From positions 32,001-96,000 of the forward strand of contig CAWAOD010000006.1 of assembly GCA_963783575.1 (NCBI GenBank): 64,000 nucleotides of DNA, read 5' to 3'. Below are positions 20,790-32,097 of the stretch, in pieces. This DNA comes from an uncultured Spirochaetota bacterium (GTDB lineage: Bacteria > Spirochaetota > Brevinematia > Brevinematales > JAOACQ01). The notes beneath the pieces were generated by a model. It was not told the DNA's origin. It ran no database searches and saw only the letters and a program-made list of their open reading frames with translations. Position 1 is the stretch's first letter, and every line of letters begins with the position of its first letter. The translations under genes were made by a program, and so were the position numbers.

Positions 20790-23048
20790 TTATACCCTGC
20801 TCTTATAGAGACTATCTTTAAAGTTTATTTTGCAAGATGAACCGGTTTTTCCGGAGAACTCTATTTTCCCTTGAAGCTGCTGTTCACTTATAGCTATAAT
20901 GCTCTGAATCCCCAGATTTCCATCAGTCCTGAAATTAAAATTCTCTGAAGTCCCAATACCGTTGTCTGATATTTCAAGTTCAATCTCATCACATGTTCTT
21001 TGAAGCCTTATTTTAATTTCTCCTGTCCTTTCGCCGGGAAAAGCATGCTTAAAACAATTTGACAATAGTTCATTAATAATTAACCCGCAGGGTACTGCCG
21101 TATCCATCAAAACAAAAATATCCTCAAGCTCAAACCTCGGAGTAATTTTACCGGGCACAACTTCAAAACTTTTTAAGATCAATTCCGACAATTCTTTTAT
21201 ATAATCACCAAGGTTAATACTGGAGAGATTCCGGGATTGATAAAGTTTCTCATGCACAAGCGCCATAGAGCGAATCCTGTTTTCCATATCCTTAAAAATA
21301 CTTTTGATTATATCATTCTTATAGCGGGAAGATTGAAGATCCAGCATGGCGCTGATAACCTGCATATTATTTTTTGTCCTGTGGTAAAGTTCCTGTAGAA
21401 GCGCTTCCTTTTCCTTAAGATTTAACTTAATTTTTTCTTCGGCGGATTTACGGCCTGTTATATCCTCTATTAAAGCAAGATAATACAGGAACTGCCCCTC
21501 CGAATCGCGCAGAATATTAAGATCGAGCTTTCCCCAGATTATACTGCCGTTTTTTGCGATGTATCTTTTCTCCGTACGATAAACAGGTATATCACCGTTT
21601 GTTAATCTTTTAATGTTTTCGGTATCTGCTTCTATATATTCGGGATGAGTTATATCTTTAAAAGAAAGTTTCAACATTTCACTTTCTTTATAACCGAACA
21701 AAGAACAAAATGCTTCATTGACCCTGATGAACCAGAAGTTCTTGTCCGACATTGCCATACCGAAAGGGCCCTGTTCAAAAACCATCCTGAACCGTTTCTC
21801 GCTTTTTTCCAGCTCCTCGTCTAATTTTTTGCGATTCGTAATATCTTTATCAAAAACTAGAACAGCAGGCTTTTTTTCCCATAAAATTCCGGAAACATGC
21901 CTCTCAAACCATTTTACTTTATCATTTTTATCAATAAACCTGAAAGAATAATTTTCAGGAACCTTCTGGCCTTCCCGGCGCTTAAAGATATATCCCTTTA
22001 CCATATCACGGTCTTTGGGATATACTTTCTCCAGAAAAGAACTTGTATTTATATCATCCATAGTAAATCCGGTCAACTTCAACAAATTTGAATTGGCAAA
22101 TTTCAATACCCCATCCTGTGCTACTGTGATTATTTCATCTGTGCTTTCAAGTAAAATTTTGTATTTTTCATCCCATTCGCTGTGAATCGTTTCGGCTTTT
22201 TTCCTTTCTGTAATATCGGAAATCATACCGTCATATCCAATAAGAATCCCCTGGCTATCATAAAGTAGAACAGGAGTATTTCTGATCCAGCGTATGGTAC
22301 CGTCTATATGAATAATCCTGTGCTCCAGCGGAGAAGCGGTTTTTCCAATCAAAAGATTAGCTGCCTGTTCAGTTACGGACTGCCTGTCGTCAATATATAC
22401 GATCTCGTACCACAAATACTGATCGGAAGCAAACTCTTCGGCTGTATAGCCTGTAACGTTAAAGCATCCTGCCCCATGGTAGGTTTCAACTGGCCTTCCG
22501 GATTCTATTTTGACCGAATATATATAATCTGTTATTGAAGCAAGCAAATGGCTCAGCCTTTCTTCACTGCTCATTAAGGCGTCCGGCATTATTTTACGCT
22601 CATTGATAATCTGGAAACAAACTGCAATTCCTATCTTTTGCGGAAATATACGCACTTCATACCTGCTTCGATACAATTCGTTTTCAAAAAAAACCTCAAA
22701 TGCCATGTACTTTTTTTCTATTATTGCCTGATGGAATTTTTCATCAAAAACTGATCCCTTTCCCTCCTTAAAAACATCAAATATATATTTACTTCCGACT
22801 TCTCTGCTTTTTTTATTCAGCATTTTTTCCGCAGAATGATTAAAGTAAGTTATCTTAAGGTTTTCATCAAGCGTGAACAAAGCCTCGCTGATATTATCAA
22901 AAATATTATTAATTTTTTCCGTATCTTCTTCAACAACTTTCTTATTATACTTAAGTTTTGATTCCAGGGCCTTTTGGCCGGACGTACTTTCCCTGAACCC
23001 CTTGATCGAATTAAACAATTGTGAAATTGTTTTTTTTCGTTCCTTCAT
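20790..23048 (-). CDS. Cytoplasmic multi-PAS histidine kinase (HisKA_2 type)
   Basis: About four PAS/PAC repeats; ELYHRTKNNMQ, NELLSNCFKHAF, DNGIG. Confidence 0.92.
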   Translation of the reverse strand: MKERKKTISQLFNSIKGFRESTSGQKALESKLKYNKKVVEEDTEKINNIFDNISEALFTLDENLKITYFNHSAEKMLNKKSREVGSKYIFDVFKEGKGSVFDEKFHQAIIEKKYMAFEVFFENELYRSRYEVRIFPQKIGIAVCFQIINERKIMPDALMSSEERLSHLLASITDYIYSVKIESGRPVETYHGAGCFNVTGYTAEEFASDQYLWYEIVYIDDRQSVTEQAANLLIGKTASPLEHRIIHIDGTIRWIRNTPVLLYDSQGILIGYDGMISDITERKKAETIHSEWDEKYKILLESTDEIITVAQDGVLKFANSNLLKLTGFTMDDINTSSFLEKVYPKDRDMVKGYIFKRREGQKVPENYSFRFIDKNDKVKWFERHVSGILWEKKPAVLVFDKDITNRKKLDEELEKSEKRFRMVFEQGPFGMAMSDKNFWFIRVNEAFCSLFGYKESEMLKLSFKDITHPEYIEADTENIKRLTNGDIPVYRTEKRYIAKNGSIIWGKLDLNILRDSEGQFLYYLALIEDITGRKSAEEKIKLNLKEKEALLQELYHRTKNNMQVISAMLDLQSSRYKNDIIKSIFKDMENRIRSMALVHEKLYQSRNLSSINLGDYIKELSELILKSFEVVPGKITPRFELEDIFVLMDTAVPCGLIINELLSNCFKHAFPGERTGEIKIRLQRTCDEIELEISDNGIGTSENFNFRTDGNLGIQSIIAISEQQLQGKIEFSGKTGSSCKINFKDSLYKSRV

Positions 23049-23292
23049 AGATAACCCCTTTGCTGATTTCGGGAGTTAAAAATAAGATCAGCTTTTTTAA
23101 AATTTTTAATAGAATAATAAAATACTTTAAATAAAATGATTGATTACTTTACCGAGAATATTAAATTGAAAAGAATTAATTTATTATTAATAAAATAATA
23201 ATAGAAGCTGTAATAATCAATATTTTTATTAATAAAAGTTTTATGAAATAGCAGATCGAAGGTATAAATCAATAAATAAAAGTTTTACGAAA

Positions 23293-24495
23293 TTATTTTG
23301 ACGCCAAAATCCTTGCTATCCAGATAAGTGCCAGTGTATGGCCAATAATAGCTCCGATTGTAACTGAAACAAATACTGCAAGGATTTTTGTAACCCTGTT
23401 TTTCAGAAATCCTTTAAAAGTCATTATATCATCATTCAGGCTTTCAAAATCTTTAACTCTCGGTTTTCTAAGAATCGCTTCAAGAGGAGCCAGAAGAATA
23501 CCGGCTGACGTTGTCGGAATAATGATCTTGATCGGTGCGGCTATCCAGGAAGCAAGAATTGTCAGCGGATGAGCAAGAACTATCGCTGCGAAAACTGCTG
23601 TACAGGTTCCTGAAGCGGCTACCCAGGCCCAGAGCATTGATAAACCGGCATCTCTGCCCTTAAAAAAGAACCCGAAAACAATGACTGCCAGAATTATTCC
23701 TATGAATACCCAGGGAATTATTTTACCGGCAACCCCGGGTCTGGGGACAATCTCTACCGAAGGATTATATTCGAATGACCCTTCCAGATAATTACCTATT
23801 CCTTTTTGATGGCCTTTTCCTATAACGGCAACTATTTTATTACCGGGTGCATTTTTAATTTTCTGCGCTATAAACATATCCCTTTCATCAATAAATACCT
23901 GCTTTACTTTTGGAAGTTTTTGAGCAAAGACTCCCATAATCTGGTTAAACATATCCTCGCCTTTTAAAAGTTCATCGATATCTTTCTTTTCAACCTTTTC
24001 TTCAACAAAAAAAGATTCAAGCAGAACTTCGAATATCTTCATCCTGTCAGCGAAGGATGAAAGCCGCCAGGCCCTTTTTAAAGTCACGTTTACATCCCTG
24101 TCGGCAAGAACGATATTCTTTCCTTTTTCCTCTGCAATCCTTGCCGCAGTTACCATTTCCTCACCTGGGGCGGATTCCATGTCGGCCCCAATCCTTTTTT
24201 GAAAGGCCGATAAAACCATATTTGCAAAAAGAAGAAATCCTTTCCCCTCGCGGATAACCTTTACAATGTCCAGATTCTTCCATCTTTCCTTATTTTTTAG
24301 AGATTCATACCTTGAATCGCATAGTTCAATGCAGACCGTATCCGGATTAACGCTTTCAATAAGGGTTTCCACTTCCTTCCGGCTTTCTTCCAGAACATGA
24401 GCGGTACCGAGTATATATATTTCTTTATTACCGACATTGATTTTAATTGTATTGGCAGTAAGTGCCTCAACATTATCCATTAAAGTTGTTTCCAT
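23293..24495 (-). CDS. TraB/GumN family protein
   Basis: LGTAHV, CIELC, PGEEM, LADR, DERD, GKGH; C-terminal TM helices. Confidence 0.9.
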   Translation of the reverse strand: METTLMDNVEALTANTIKINVGNKEIYILGTAHVLEESRKEVETLIESVNPDTVCIELCDSRYESLKNKERWKNLDIVKVIREGKGFLLFANMVLSAFQKRIGADMESAPGEEMVTAARIAEEKGKNIVLADRDVNVTLKRAWRLSSFADRMKIFEVLLESFFVEEKVEKKDIDELLKGEDMFNQIMGVFAQKLPKVKQVFIDERDMFIAQKIKNAPGNKIVAVIGKGHQKGIGNYLEGSFEYNPSVEIVPRPGVAGKIIPWVFIGIILAVIVFGFFFKGRDAGLSMLWAWVAASGTCTAVFAAIVLAHPLTILASWIAAPIKIIIPTTSAGILLAPLEAILRKPRVKDFESLNDDIMTFKGFLKNRVTKILAVFVSVTIGAIIGHTLALIWIARILASK

Positions 24496-24577
24496 ATTTT
24501 ACCTCATAAAATTGGTTATCATAAGGACAGTTGGGTTTAATAAAATTTTTTAAACTGCCCAAATCTTAATTTGATGG

Positions 24578-25852
24578 CTATTTGCCATCAAATTGTTTCG
24601 CACGGTCGATTTCAGCACCGAGATTGATAAGCTTTTCTTCGAGTTTCTCGTAACCCCTGTCAATGTGATAGACCCTCAACACTTCGCTCAAACCGTGAGC
24701 CGCAAGTGCTCCTATAACAAGCCCTGCCCCTGCCCTCAAATCCGATACCATAACAGCGGCGCCAGAAAGGTTTTTTACTCCTTTTACAACGGCTGTAGGG
24801 CCGTCAACTTTTATATCCGCACCCATACGATTCAATTCCGCCGCGTGCATAAAGCGATCGGGAAAAATCTTTTCTGAAATTATGCTGATCCCATCGCTGA
24901 TACTTATCAAGGCCATTAGTTGAGCCTGCAGGTCTGTAGGGAAATACGGATATGGCCTCGTCTCGACCTCAATCGGCCGGATTGTTTTTCCCCTGGCTAT
25001 TATCTGATCGTTTGAGAGAATTTCTATTTCAACGCCTGCTCTGGAAAAATATTCGATTGGGGCCTCAAGATGGCGGATATTCACATTTTTTAAAAGAATT
25101 TCACCGGCAGTAATACCCGCGGCGGCTATAAAAGTGCCGGTTTCTATTCTATCTGGAATGATTGAATAATCTGTACCGTTTATTTCATTAATACCCTCAA
25201 TTTCAATGATGCTGCTACCGGCGCCTTTAATTTTAGCCCCCATGGAATTAAGGCAGTTTGCAAGATCTTCAACCTCCGGCTCACATGCCGATCCTTCAAT
25301 AACAGTAATTCCTTTGGCCAATACCGCTGCCATCATGACATTTTCCGTAGCAAGAACACTCGGGCCATTATTTCCTAAAAGGTTAATCCTTTTCCCGGTA
25401 AGCTCTTTCGCCTGAGCCCAGATATATCCATGCTCAATCAACATTTCAGTACCAAGGGCTTTCATTCCGCGGATATGGATATCAATTGGACGCGGGCCTA
25501 TAACGCATCCTCCGGGGGGCGGAACTTTCGCCTTGCCCTTCCTTGCCAGCAAAGGCCCCATAACGGCTATCGATGCCCTCATTTTACGCACAACATCATA
25601 CGGTGCCTCATATTTTTCAGCATTTACTTCGCTTATAATTAAGGTATTGCTGCTGAATTCAATCTTTTTTCCCAGAATTTCAAGTAACTGTTTCATCGTA
25701 TGTATATCCATCAGATCAGGCACATTCCTCAGGGTAACATTTTCTTTTGTAAGAAGCGAAGCCGCCATAATCGGAAGAGTCGCATTTTTAGAGCCACTAA
25801 TGGTTACAGTCCCCTTTAATTTTTTCTGGCCTTTGATAATATATTTGTACAT
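24578..25852 (-). CDS. murA: UDP-GlcNAc 1-carboxyvinyltransferase
   Basis: GSKNATLP, PGGCVIGPRP, PDRIE, FPTDLQ, DLRAG, HIDRGYE. Confidence 0.97.
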   Translation of the reverse strand: MYKYIIKGQKKLKGTVTISGSKNATLPIMAASLLTKENVTLRNVPDLMDIHTMKQLLEILGKKIEFSSNTLIISEVNAEKYEAPYDVVRKMRASIAVMGPLLARKGKAKVPPPGGCVIGPRPIDIHIRGMKALGTEMLIEHGYIWAQAKELTGKRINLLGNNGPSVLATENVMMAAVLAKGITVIEGSACEPEVEDLANCLNSMGAKIKGAGSSIIEIEGINEINGTDYSIIPDRIETGTFIAAAGITAGEILLKNVNIRHLEAPIEYFSRAGVEIEILSNDQIIARGKTIRPIEVETRPYPYFPTDLQAQLMALISISDGISIISEKIFPDRFMHAAELNRMGADIKVDGPTAVVKGVKNLSGAAVMVSDLRAGAGLVIGALAAHGLSEVLRVYHIDRGYEKLEEKLINLGAEIDRAKQFDGK

Positions 25853-25992
25853 AAAGTTTCCTATTTTAAATGACTTTAATTTTCCATTATATCAAATTTA
25901 TTACATTGATTATAAGGTATTTTTAAAAAAAATGACAGTTTAAATTGAACTGATGTCAATATTGACAATTATCAATATAAATTGAACTATGT

Positions 25993-26874
25993 TCAATAGA
26001 GATTATAATCGTTTTTATTTTCACCAAAATAATAAGCTAAACCTGCACTGAAAAGATTTTTATCCAGTGATGATGGAGAGAATGAAACGCTGTATTCAAA
26101 ATGTCCGCTTCTTTTTATCAATAATACCGTTATATAGTCATAAACATTATATAATATTCCGAAACGGTACATAACCGATAATTTCAGATCTTTTTTATAA
26201 TTTTCAAACTCAGCCTTTGCCTTTAATATTCTATTGATATTATCAGAATAAAAACAGCCCAGGCAAATGCAGGATTTCGCATAGTGAAATTCATAACTGT
26301 AGCCGATTTCACCTGTTATTTTTTGATCATTATACCCGGCTTTCCCGTATAACTTGCCTAAACGGCAGTTGTATTCCATATAACCGTCCCAAAAACTCCC
26401 ATCCCAGTTTTTAACAGTTCCGATAATCTGATAATCGGACCCTCCATCTATGCCGGCCCATAAATTGTTAACCGAAACTAATGAATGAAGAATAAAAAAA
26501 TATTGACTGCCATCCACAATGTTAATTTCATGGTATGTCTGATTATCCGATTCTACGAATTCAAAACTGCCTAGGGAAGTATAACCGGCTTTACCTCCGA
26601 ATGATAACCCGATTTTATTTAACATTAAAGCAGTTTGAAAAGCCCCGATTGTACTCCAGGTATCGGCAATATATTGCTGATAATAAACTCCGGCATAGCT
26701 TTTCCCATAATCTGGAAATTGTTCAAACAAAAGATCAAACGGATACAGATTAATTTTGAATGCAAAAATTAATAAGGCTGTAATTATAATACAAGCAATT
26801 TTTTCACAATGTGATTTTCTTTCCCGTTTTGGAATAGAATAAAATAAATCCCGGTCTTGAGGCTTGTTTTCCAT
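25993..26874 (-). CDS. Putative outer-membrane beta-barrel, PorV/UPF0164-like; start uncertain
   Basis: Hydrophobic leader, alternating aromatic strands, GYTSLGSFEFVE loop, late strand GLAYYF; overlaps the CTD-bearing gene. Confidence 0.4.
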   Translation of the reverse strand: MENKPQDRDLFYSIPKRERKSHCEKIACIIITALLIFAFKINLYPFDLLFEQFPDYGKSYAGVYYQQYIADTWSTIGAFQTALMLNKIGLSFGGKAGYTSLGSFEFVESDNQTYHEINIVDGSQYFFILHSLVSVNNLWAGIDGGSDYQIIGTVKNWDGSFWDGYMEYNCRLGKLYGKAGYNDQKITGEIGYSYEFHYAKSCICLGCFYSDNINRILKAKAEFENYKKDLKLSVMYRFGILYNVYDYITVLLIKRSGHFEYSVSFSPSSLDKNLFSAGLAYYFGENKNDYNLY

Positions 26875-28725
26875 AAAATCTCTCCATTATCAGGTTGGTT
26901 TAAGTTTTTTATTAAGTTTCCGCAATGGTCCAGTACTAATATCTGTGCATCCGGCGGTAAATTTATAAAATGAAATTGAGTTTCATTATCTCCAAAGGCC
27001 GGATTTGGAAAAACCAAAGCATTATTCAAGTTATCGCCCTGTATTGAAAGTTTCCAGCCTTCTTTTATATAATAAAAACTTGAAATTGCCTGTTTACCGC
27101 TTGAATCGTCCGAATAAATAACTTCATTTTTCTGGCCGTTCTCAACCTGCAGTATTCCGTCATTCTTAACTGCAGATAAATCGGACACCGGGATAACAGC
27201 TTCAAAATAAATTCCATAATTGGTAAGTGTGAAATTTTCCTGATCCGATCCATTCCTGACAATAATATTAACATACGGCCGGGCATTATTAGTATTTATC
27301 AAATAGATTATATTGCTTCCGGTTACAGAAATATCTTTCACCCATAAAAGAGGGAAATCACCGCCATTACTTGCCGCAAATGAAGCCTTTTGTTTCTTAA
27401 AAACCTCATGATAATTTGAGTCATAAACTCCATTGGGAACTCTTGCTATCGCCTCATCGGCTGCTGTAATAGAATTCCCCGAGGGGGCATTATTCAATGT
27501 TCCGTCACCGGTTATATCATTATTTCCGTATTCTATCTCATCGATCATTTTACCGTTAATCAAGGGGGAGCCGTCATAAAGTCCCAGATAAGCTTCATTG
27601 TCAAGCCCTCCGTCTGCACAAAAAACAGCATAACCGAGACCTGGAATCATGCCGTGAAATGAATTTACAGTACCGTTGTATTTGAATGTTAATTTTTTTA
27701 TCTTTTCACTATTTTTGTTTTTAACAATCAAATAAAAATTTGTAGTTGGAATCATGTTCTTCTGTTCTGTTTATAAGTTCCAGCCAATCGTCGGATGAAC
27801 CCGGCTTTCCCGGGCCGGGTATGCCTGTCCATCCGCCTCCGCTGTAATCAATCTTTGGATCGGTTACAATCTCATTAATAAGAATTTTCCTATAAAATTC
27901 TGAAATAGGGCGGGAATCAAGGTACCTGAGCATAAAATTATTATTTCCATATGAAAATATTATATCTTCACCATGAGGCAATCCCTTCGGCGGAATAAAT
28001 ATTCCGGAATAATTACCCTGATTATCTTTTGTTAACGGTAGTAATCCCTGATTTCCCGAAAATATAAAATTGATTTTGAGATATATAACATTATCTTCAC
28101 ATTCTTTGTTTTTACAATAAATTTTAGTCTGTTCGTTTTCATGAAATATTTGTTTGTCGGAATAAATATAACATTCATTATTTATGCCGGCTGAAGGTTT
28201 TGTTATTTCATAATTATTTCCTGTTAATGATAAAGAATCATTGGTATCAACCAGGCTATCCGGAGGTATATAATATTGATTGCATCTGAATATATCATTC
28301 CCGGTAGATGATGTTACTTTAATAAACGGAATAAGTCCCGCCCAGGAATAAGCAGTAAATGCCTGATTCCTGGGCTTGACTATTAAGGAGTTCGATGAGA
28401 AAACTATAAGTCCGTCGTTCTTGTTGTATTCTTCAGAAAGAATAACGGCATATTGCCCGGGGTTAATGATCATTGAGTCGGTTATCACCCAGTTTTGTGC
28501 TAAATTAAAACTTCCGGGACAAACCTTTAGATTTGTATACGTATTCTTATCTTTGGGAAGAACAAGAACAAGATTTGATAAATTAAACGGCACCGGTGTT
28601 TCATTAAATAATTCAATAAATCTGTCATCATTACAAAAATATCCACCTGTTTTATAAAATATCTCGGTTATCTGCAAAGGGTAATTTATATTGAAAATAA
28701 GAAATAAGAATATGAAATATTTCAT
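26784..28725 (-). CDS. Secreted lamin-tail-domain protein with T9SS type-A CTD-like C-terminus; frameshift near 27756
   Basis: Signal peptide; LQITEIFY..FIELFN and ILINEIV..DDWLELIN motifs; tail VFPNPA..LDHCGNLIK..LKTGIYFI..KKLLVL. Confidence 0.7.
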
Positions 28726-28884
28726 CTTTACATCCTATAAATTTTAAACATAATGTCAAAAGTTTTTAATGTAAAATTTAATAACTTATTACTCTGTTAA
28801 AAATAATACATGATTTCCTGATCTCCACTCCTGCGGAGGGGAAATGATCAAACCAATTATTTTCATACTTTTATCTCTTTTTTC

Positions 28885-28937
28885 ACCTGTCTGCCACCTA
28901 CCTGCCGGAGATCCCGTTGTAGGCAGGCCAGGCAGGT
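28885..28937. repeat. Nested REP-like palindrome ACCTGTCTG..CCTACCTGC..GTAGGCAGG..CAGGCAGGT
   Basis: GC-rich nested inverted repeats in intergenic DNA. Confidence 0.45.
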
Positions 28938-28985
28938 AAAACTTTTGACATTACCATTTCAAATCAAGGTCAAAAGGAACTCTTG

Positions 28986-29813
28986 TTACAATCTTTTAAT
29001 CCAGAATTCCGCTTTTTCACAGTATGCTGTTTTCTTATAATCCCAATCTTCTATTATAATCTTAAATATCTTTTTGGCTTCATCCTTTCTGCCGGAATCC
29101 TTTAATTCCATTCCATAAGAATAATAAGAAGCGGCAAGTTTTTTACATATTAATTCCAGAGCATCTTTATCCTGATTATAAGACAACGCCTTTGCCTTCT
29201 TAAGGGCCCAGATAGACTGCTCAAATTTGCCGGTTTCAAAAAATAATTTCCCGAATTCATAATAAGTCCAGCAATCCTGTCTGGCTTGAAGGCTTTTTTG
29301 AAAAAATACCGCTGATTTTTCGTATTCTTTTAATTCTCTGCAGCACTTGGCAATACCATTATATGTATATGGCTCATTTTTATCTTTATCCATAATCAGA
29401 ACTTTTTCATAAGCCTGAAGGGCTGTGCGGAACATTCCCATGTCATATTCAAGACCGGCATATTCCGACAATACATCGCAGTTTTTATCAAAAAATTGAA
29501 CGGCATTTGACATAATGGAGAGGCCGAGATCCGGCCTCCCTGACCTATTGTAGTTTTTTGAGAGTTGAATATAAAAAAATGAATTATCAGGTTCCAGGTC
29601 AAGACAATTTTTATAAAGTCTGACTGCTTCATCCCATTTTTTATTTTTTTCGTAATAATTTCCAAGATAGGAAAGATAATGTGTATTTGAAGGATTTTCT
29701 TTAATTTTTAATATCAATGAGTCATAATCCAGGTTTTCTTTTATATGGAAAACCCTGGCGAAATCTAATGAAATGGAAAATAAAAATATTAGAAGAAATA
29801 TTATGATTCTCAT
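28986..29813 (-). CDS. Secreted TPR protein
   Basis: Signal peptide; repeated TPR-consensus helices. Confidence 0.82.
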   Translation of the reverse strand: MRIIIFLLIFLFSISLDFARVFHIKENLDYDSLILKIKENPSNTHYLSYLGNYYEKNKKWDEAVRLYKNCLDLEPDNSFFYIQLSKNYNRSGRPDLGLSIMSNAVQFFDKNCDVLSEYAGLEYDMGMFRTALQAYEKVLIMDKDKNEPYTYNGIAKCCRELKEYEKSAVFFQKSLQARQDCWTYYEFGKLFFETGKFEQSIWALKKAKALSYNQDKDALELICKKLAASYYSYGMELKDSGRKDEAKKIFKIIIEDWDYKKTAYCEKAEFWIKRL

Positions 29814-29923
29814 GAATTTACTCCGGTGTATTTTTTTTCATAAATAGGTTACACCGGAAAAAGCATCCGGATCAATATGCTTTTAGTTACATTTTTATAT
29901 GACGGAGGTCATAATTTGAGAGT

Positions 29924-30376
29924 TTATAAAATTTCAAGTACTTCTTTAGCATGGTTTTCGGGGGTTACTTTTGGAAAAACCTTAATTAAATATCCATTTT
30001 CATCGACAACAAATGTTGAGCGGATAATCCCCATAACAATTTTACCGTAATTATTTTTCTCGCCCCAGGCACCGTATGATTCAAGCGCCTTATGCTCCTC
30101 ATCACTTAAAAGATAAAATGGCAGACCGTATTTTTTCCTGAATTTTTGATGAGAATCGGAATCATCGGCGCTTATTCCAATAACAACTGCCCCTTTAGCC
30201 AGAAAATCGTCATAAGCGTCCCTGAAACTGCAAGCTTCTTTGGTACAACCAGGTGTGTCATCTTTCGGATAAAAATAAACCACAACTTTTTTCCCCTTGA
30301 ATTCCGATAAACTTACAGTTTTACCTTCAGGGGAAATAAGGCTGAAATCAGGTGCTTTATCACCGGCTTTTAACAT
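29924..30376 (-). CDS. bcp: Thioredoxin-dependent peroxiredoxin
   Basis: [19 protein letters not shown]. Confidence 0.95.
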   Translation of the reverse strand: MLKAGDKAPDFSLISPEGKTVSLSEFKGKKVVVYFYPKDDTPGCTKEACSFRDAYDDFLAKGAVVIGISADDSDSHQKFRKKYGLPFYLLSDEEHKALESYGAWGEKNNYGKIVMGIIRSTFVVDENGYLIKVFPKVTPENHAKEVLEIL

Positions 30377-30757
30377 ATAAACCTCCTTACCACCGTAGGA
30401 ATGTAAGACTATTTTTACTCTTCATGTTAAATTAATTATAAAATTGAATTCAGACAAGTATAATAAGTTTTGAGAGGAATAAATAAATAATCCATTTTAT
30501 TAATTAATGGACAAATAATCTGAAAATTGAGTGTTATTAATAAAACATATTCATTCAATTGATTTTTAAAAAGAAATGCGTTACGATATATTAATAAAAA
30601 ATCATTCGAATCCATAAGAAAGTTTTAATTGATTTCTTTTATATTTTATTTCCAAAAAGCAAAATGTTATATAAACAAAAGTTAATTAAATTGTTAAATT
30701 CCGAACAGACTCTGTTGATTTAATATGATAACTAATTGGCAGGTAAAGGAGAGCCTT

Positions 30758-32086
30758 ATGCTGAAAGGATTAATATTTTTGGTGTTTATTCCTTCAATTA
30801 CATTTGCACTGATAGATCAGAAGATTCGTATTGCTGTTTTAGATCTGGAACCTATGGAAGGAGTATCATCCAACCGTGCACAGGCCCTAAGTGAAATTCT
30901 CAGGACTGAAATAGCTGGAACCGGGGTTTTTGAAGTTATTGAAAGAGGACAAATTGTAAAACAAATGGAAGAAGCAAAATTCCAATTAAGCGGTTTAACA
31001 TCGGATTCTGATATTAATGGTAGGATAGAGCTAGGCAAGGTCCTGGGTATAAAAAGGGCGATTATAGGATCGATAATAGAAATTGAAGGAACAATAACAA
31101 TAAATGTTCGCCTTATAAATATGGAAACGGGTAATATTGACATACCGCAAAGTTTTTATACCTCAAAAGATAAAGTTGTATTTGAAATGAAAGATATAGC
31201 AAAAGCAATATCCGATAAGGCAAATCTGGAGATGATCCAGATTAACGCTGCCGATATTGAGACTCTTATCGCCTCGGAAGATTTTGAAAAAGCAAAAGAA
31301 AAACTTGAAATATATATAAAACAATCCGGAAAGAATACAAAATCACAAGAATTAGTAGTTAAGATAAACAAAGGACTTGCGAAGAATAAATATAATCAGT
31401 CAAAAGAGTCATATGGTAAAGGGGATCTGGATACCGCAAAAACAGTGATTGAAGAAGCTCAAAAATTAGATCCGGAAAACAAAGATTATGCTGCCTTTTC
31501 AGTAATAATACAAAATGCCCTCAATAATAAAAAGAATGAGGAGGAAAGTAAGAGTTTCTGGCTTAATAGAGGATCAAACATGAAATACGGCGGATTGGAT
31601 ATTTTTACGGCTAAGTTCAATGGATTGAATAAAACTATGGCTGAACAATTTCCAATGCTTATAGGCGCGGGAGGCAATCTTCAATTGCCGATGGGAAAAT
31701 ATGCTACATTATATAATAAATTCAGTTATATCGGCCTATTGGGAAATACTCCGAAAGATTTGCCTTCGTACCTTCAGAAAATGTCAATCATGGAAATGAT
31801 TTATAATGGCGGACTGCGTCTTCACCTAATGATGTTCACCATAGTTGATTTTTATGTACAGGGTGGGGTGAACTATACTTATTACCAGGAAAGCCTCCAG
31901 GATGACAAATACAGCTTTAATGCAGAATTAAACGGTTGGGGGTTTGAGGCGGGAGGTGGAATAAAGGGAATGATCACAACATCATTCGGTTTGTATGCCG
32001 AAGTAATGTATGAGGGGATTCAGTTAAGCAAGACGGATATGAGCGGTTTTCAAATCAATGCGGGAATATTTTTAGGAATATTTTAA
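30758..32086 (+). CDS. CsgG/TolB-N-like domain + TPR + C-terminal outer-membrane beta-barrel
   Basis: IAVLDL..FEVIER..ELGKVLG..INVRLINMETG; TPR-like helices; amphipathic strands ending in terminal Phe. Confidence 0.7.
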   Translation: MLKGLIFLVFIPSITFALIDQKIRIAVLDLEPMEGVSSNRAQALSEILRTEIAGTGVFEVIERGQIVKQMEEAKFQLSGLTSDSDINGRIELGKVLGIKRAIIGSIIEIEGTITINVRLINMETGNIDIPQSFYTSKDKVVFEMKDIAKAISDKANLEMIQINAADIETLIASEDFEKAKEKLEIYIKQSGKNTKSQELVVKINKGLAKNKYNQSKESYGKGDLDTAKTVIEEAQKLDPENKDYAAFSVIIQNALNNKKNEEESKSFWLNRGSNMKYGGLDIFTAKFNGLNKTMAEQFPMLIGAGGNLQLPMGKYATLYNKFSYIGLLGNTPKDLPSYLQKMSIMEMIYNGGLRLHLMMFTIVDFYVQGGVNYTYYQESLQDDKYSFNAELNGWGFEAGGGIKGMITTSFGLYAEVMYEGIQLSKTDMSGFQINAGIFLGIF

Positions 32087-32097
32087 AGGAGACGGTT

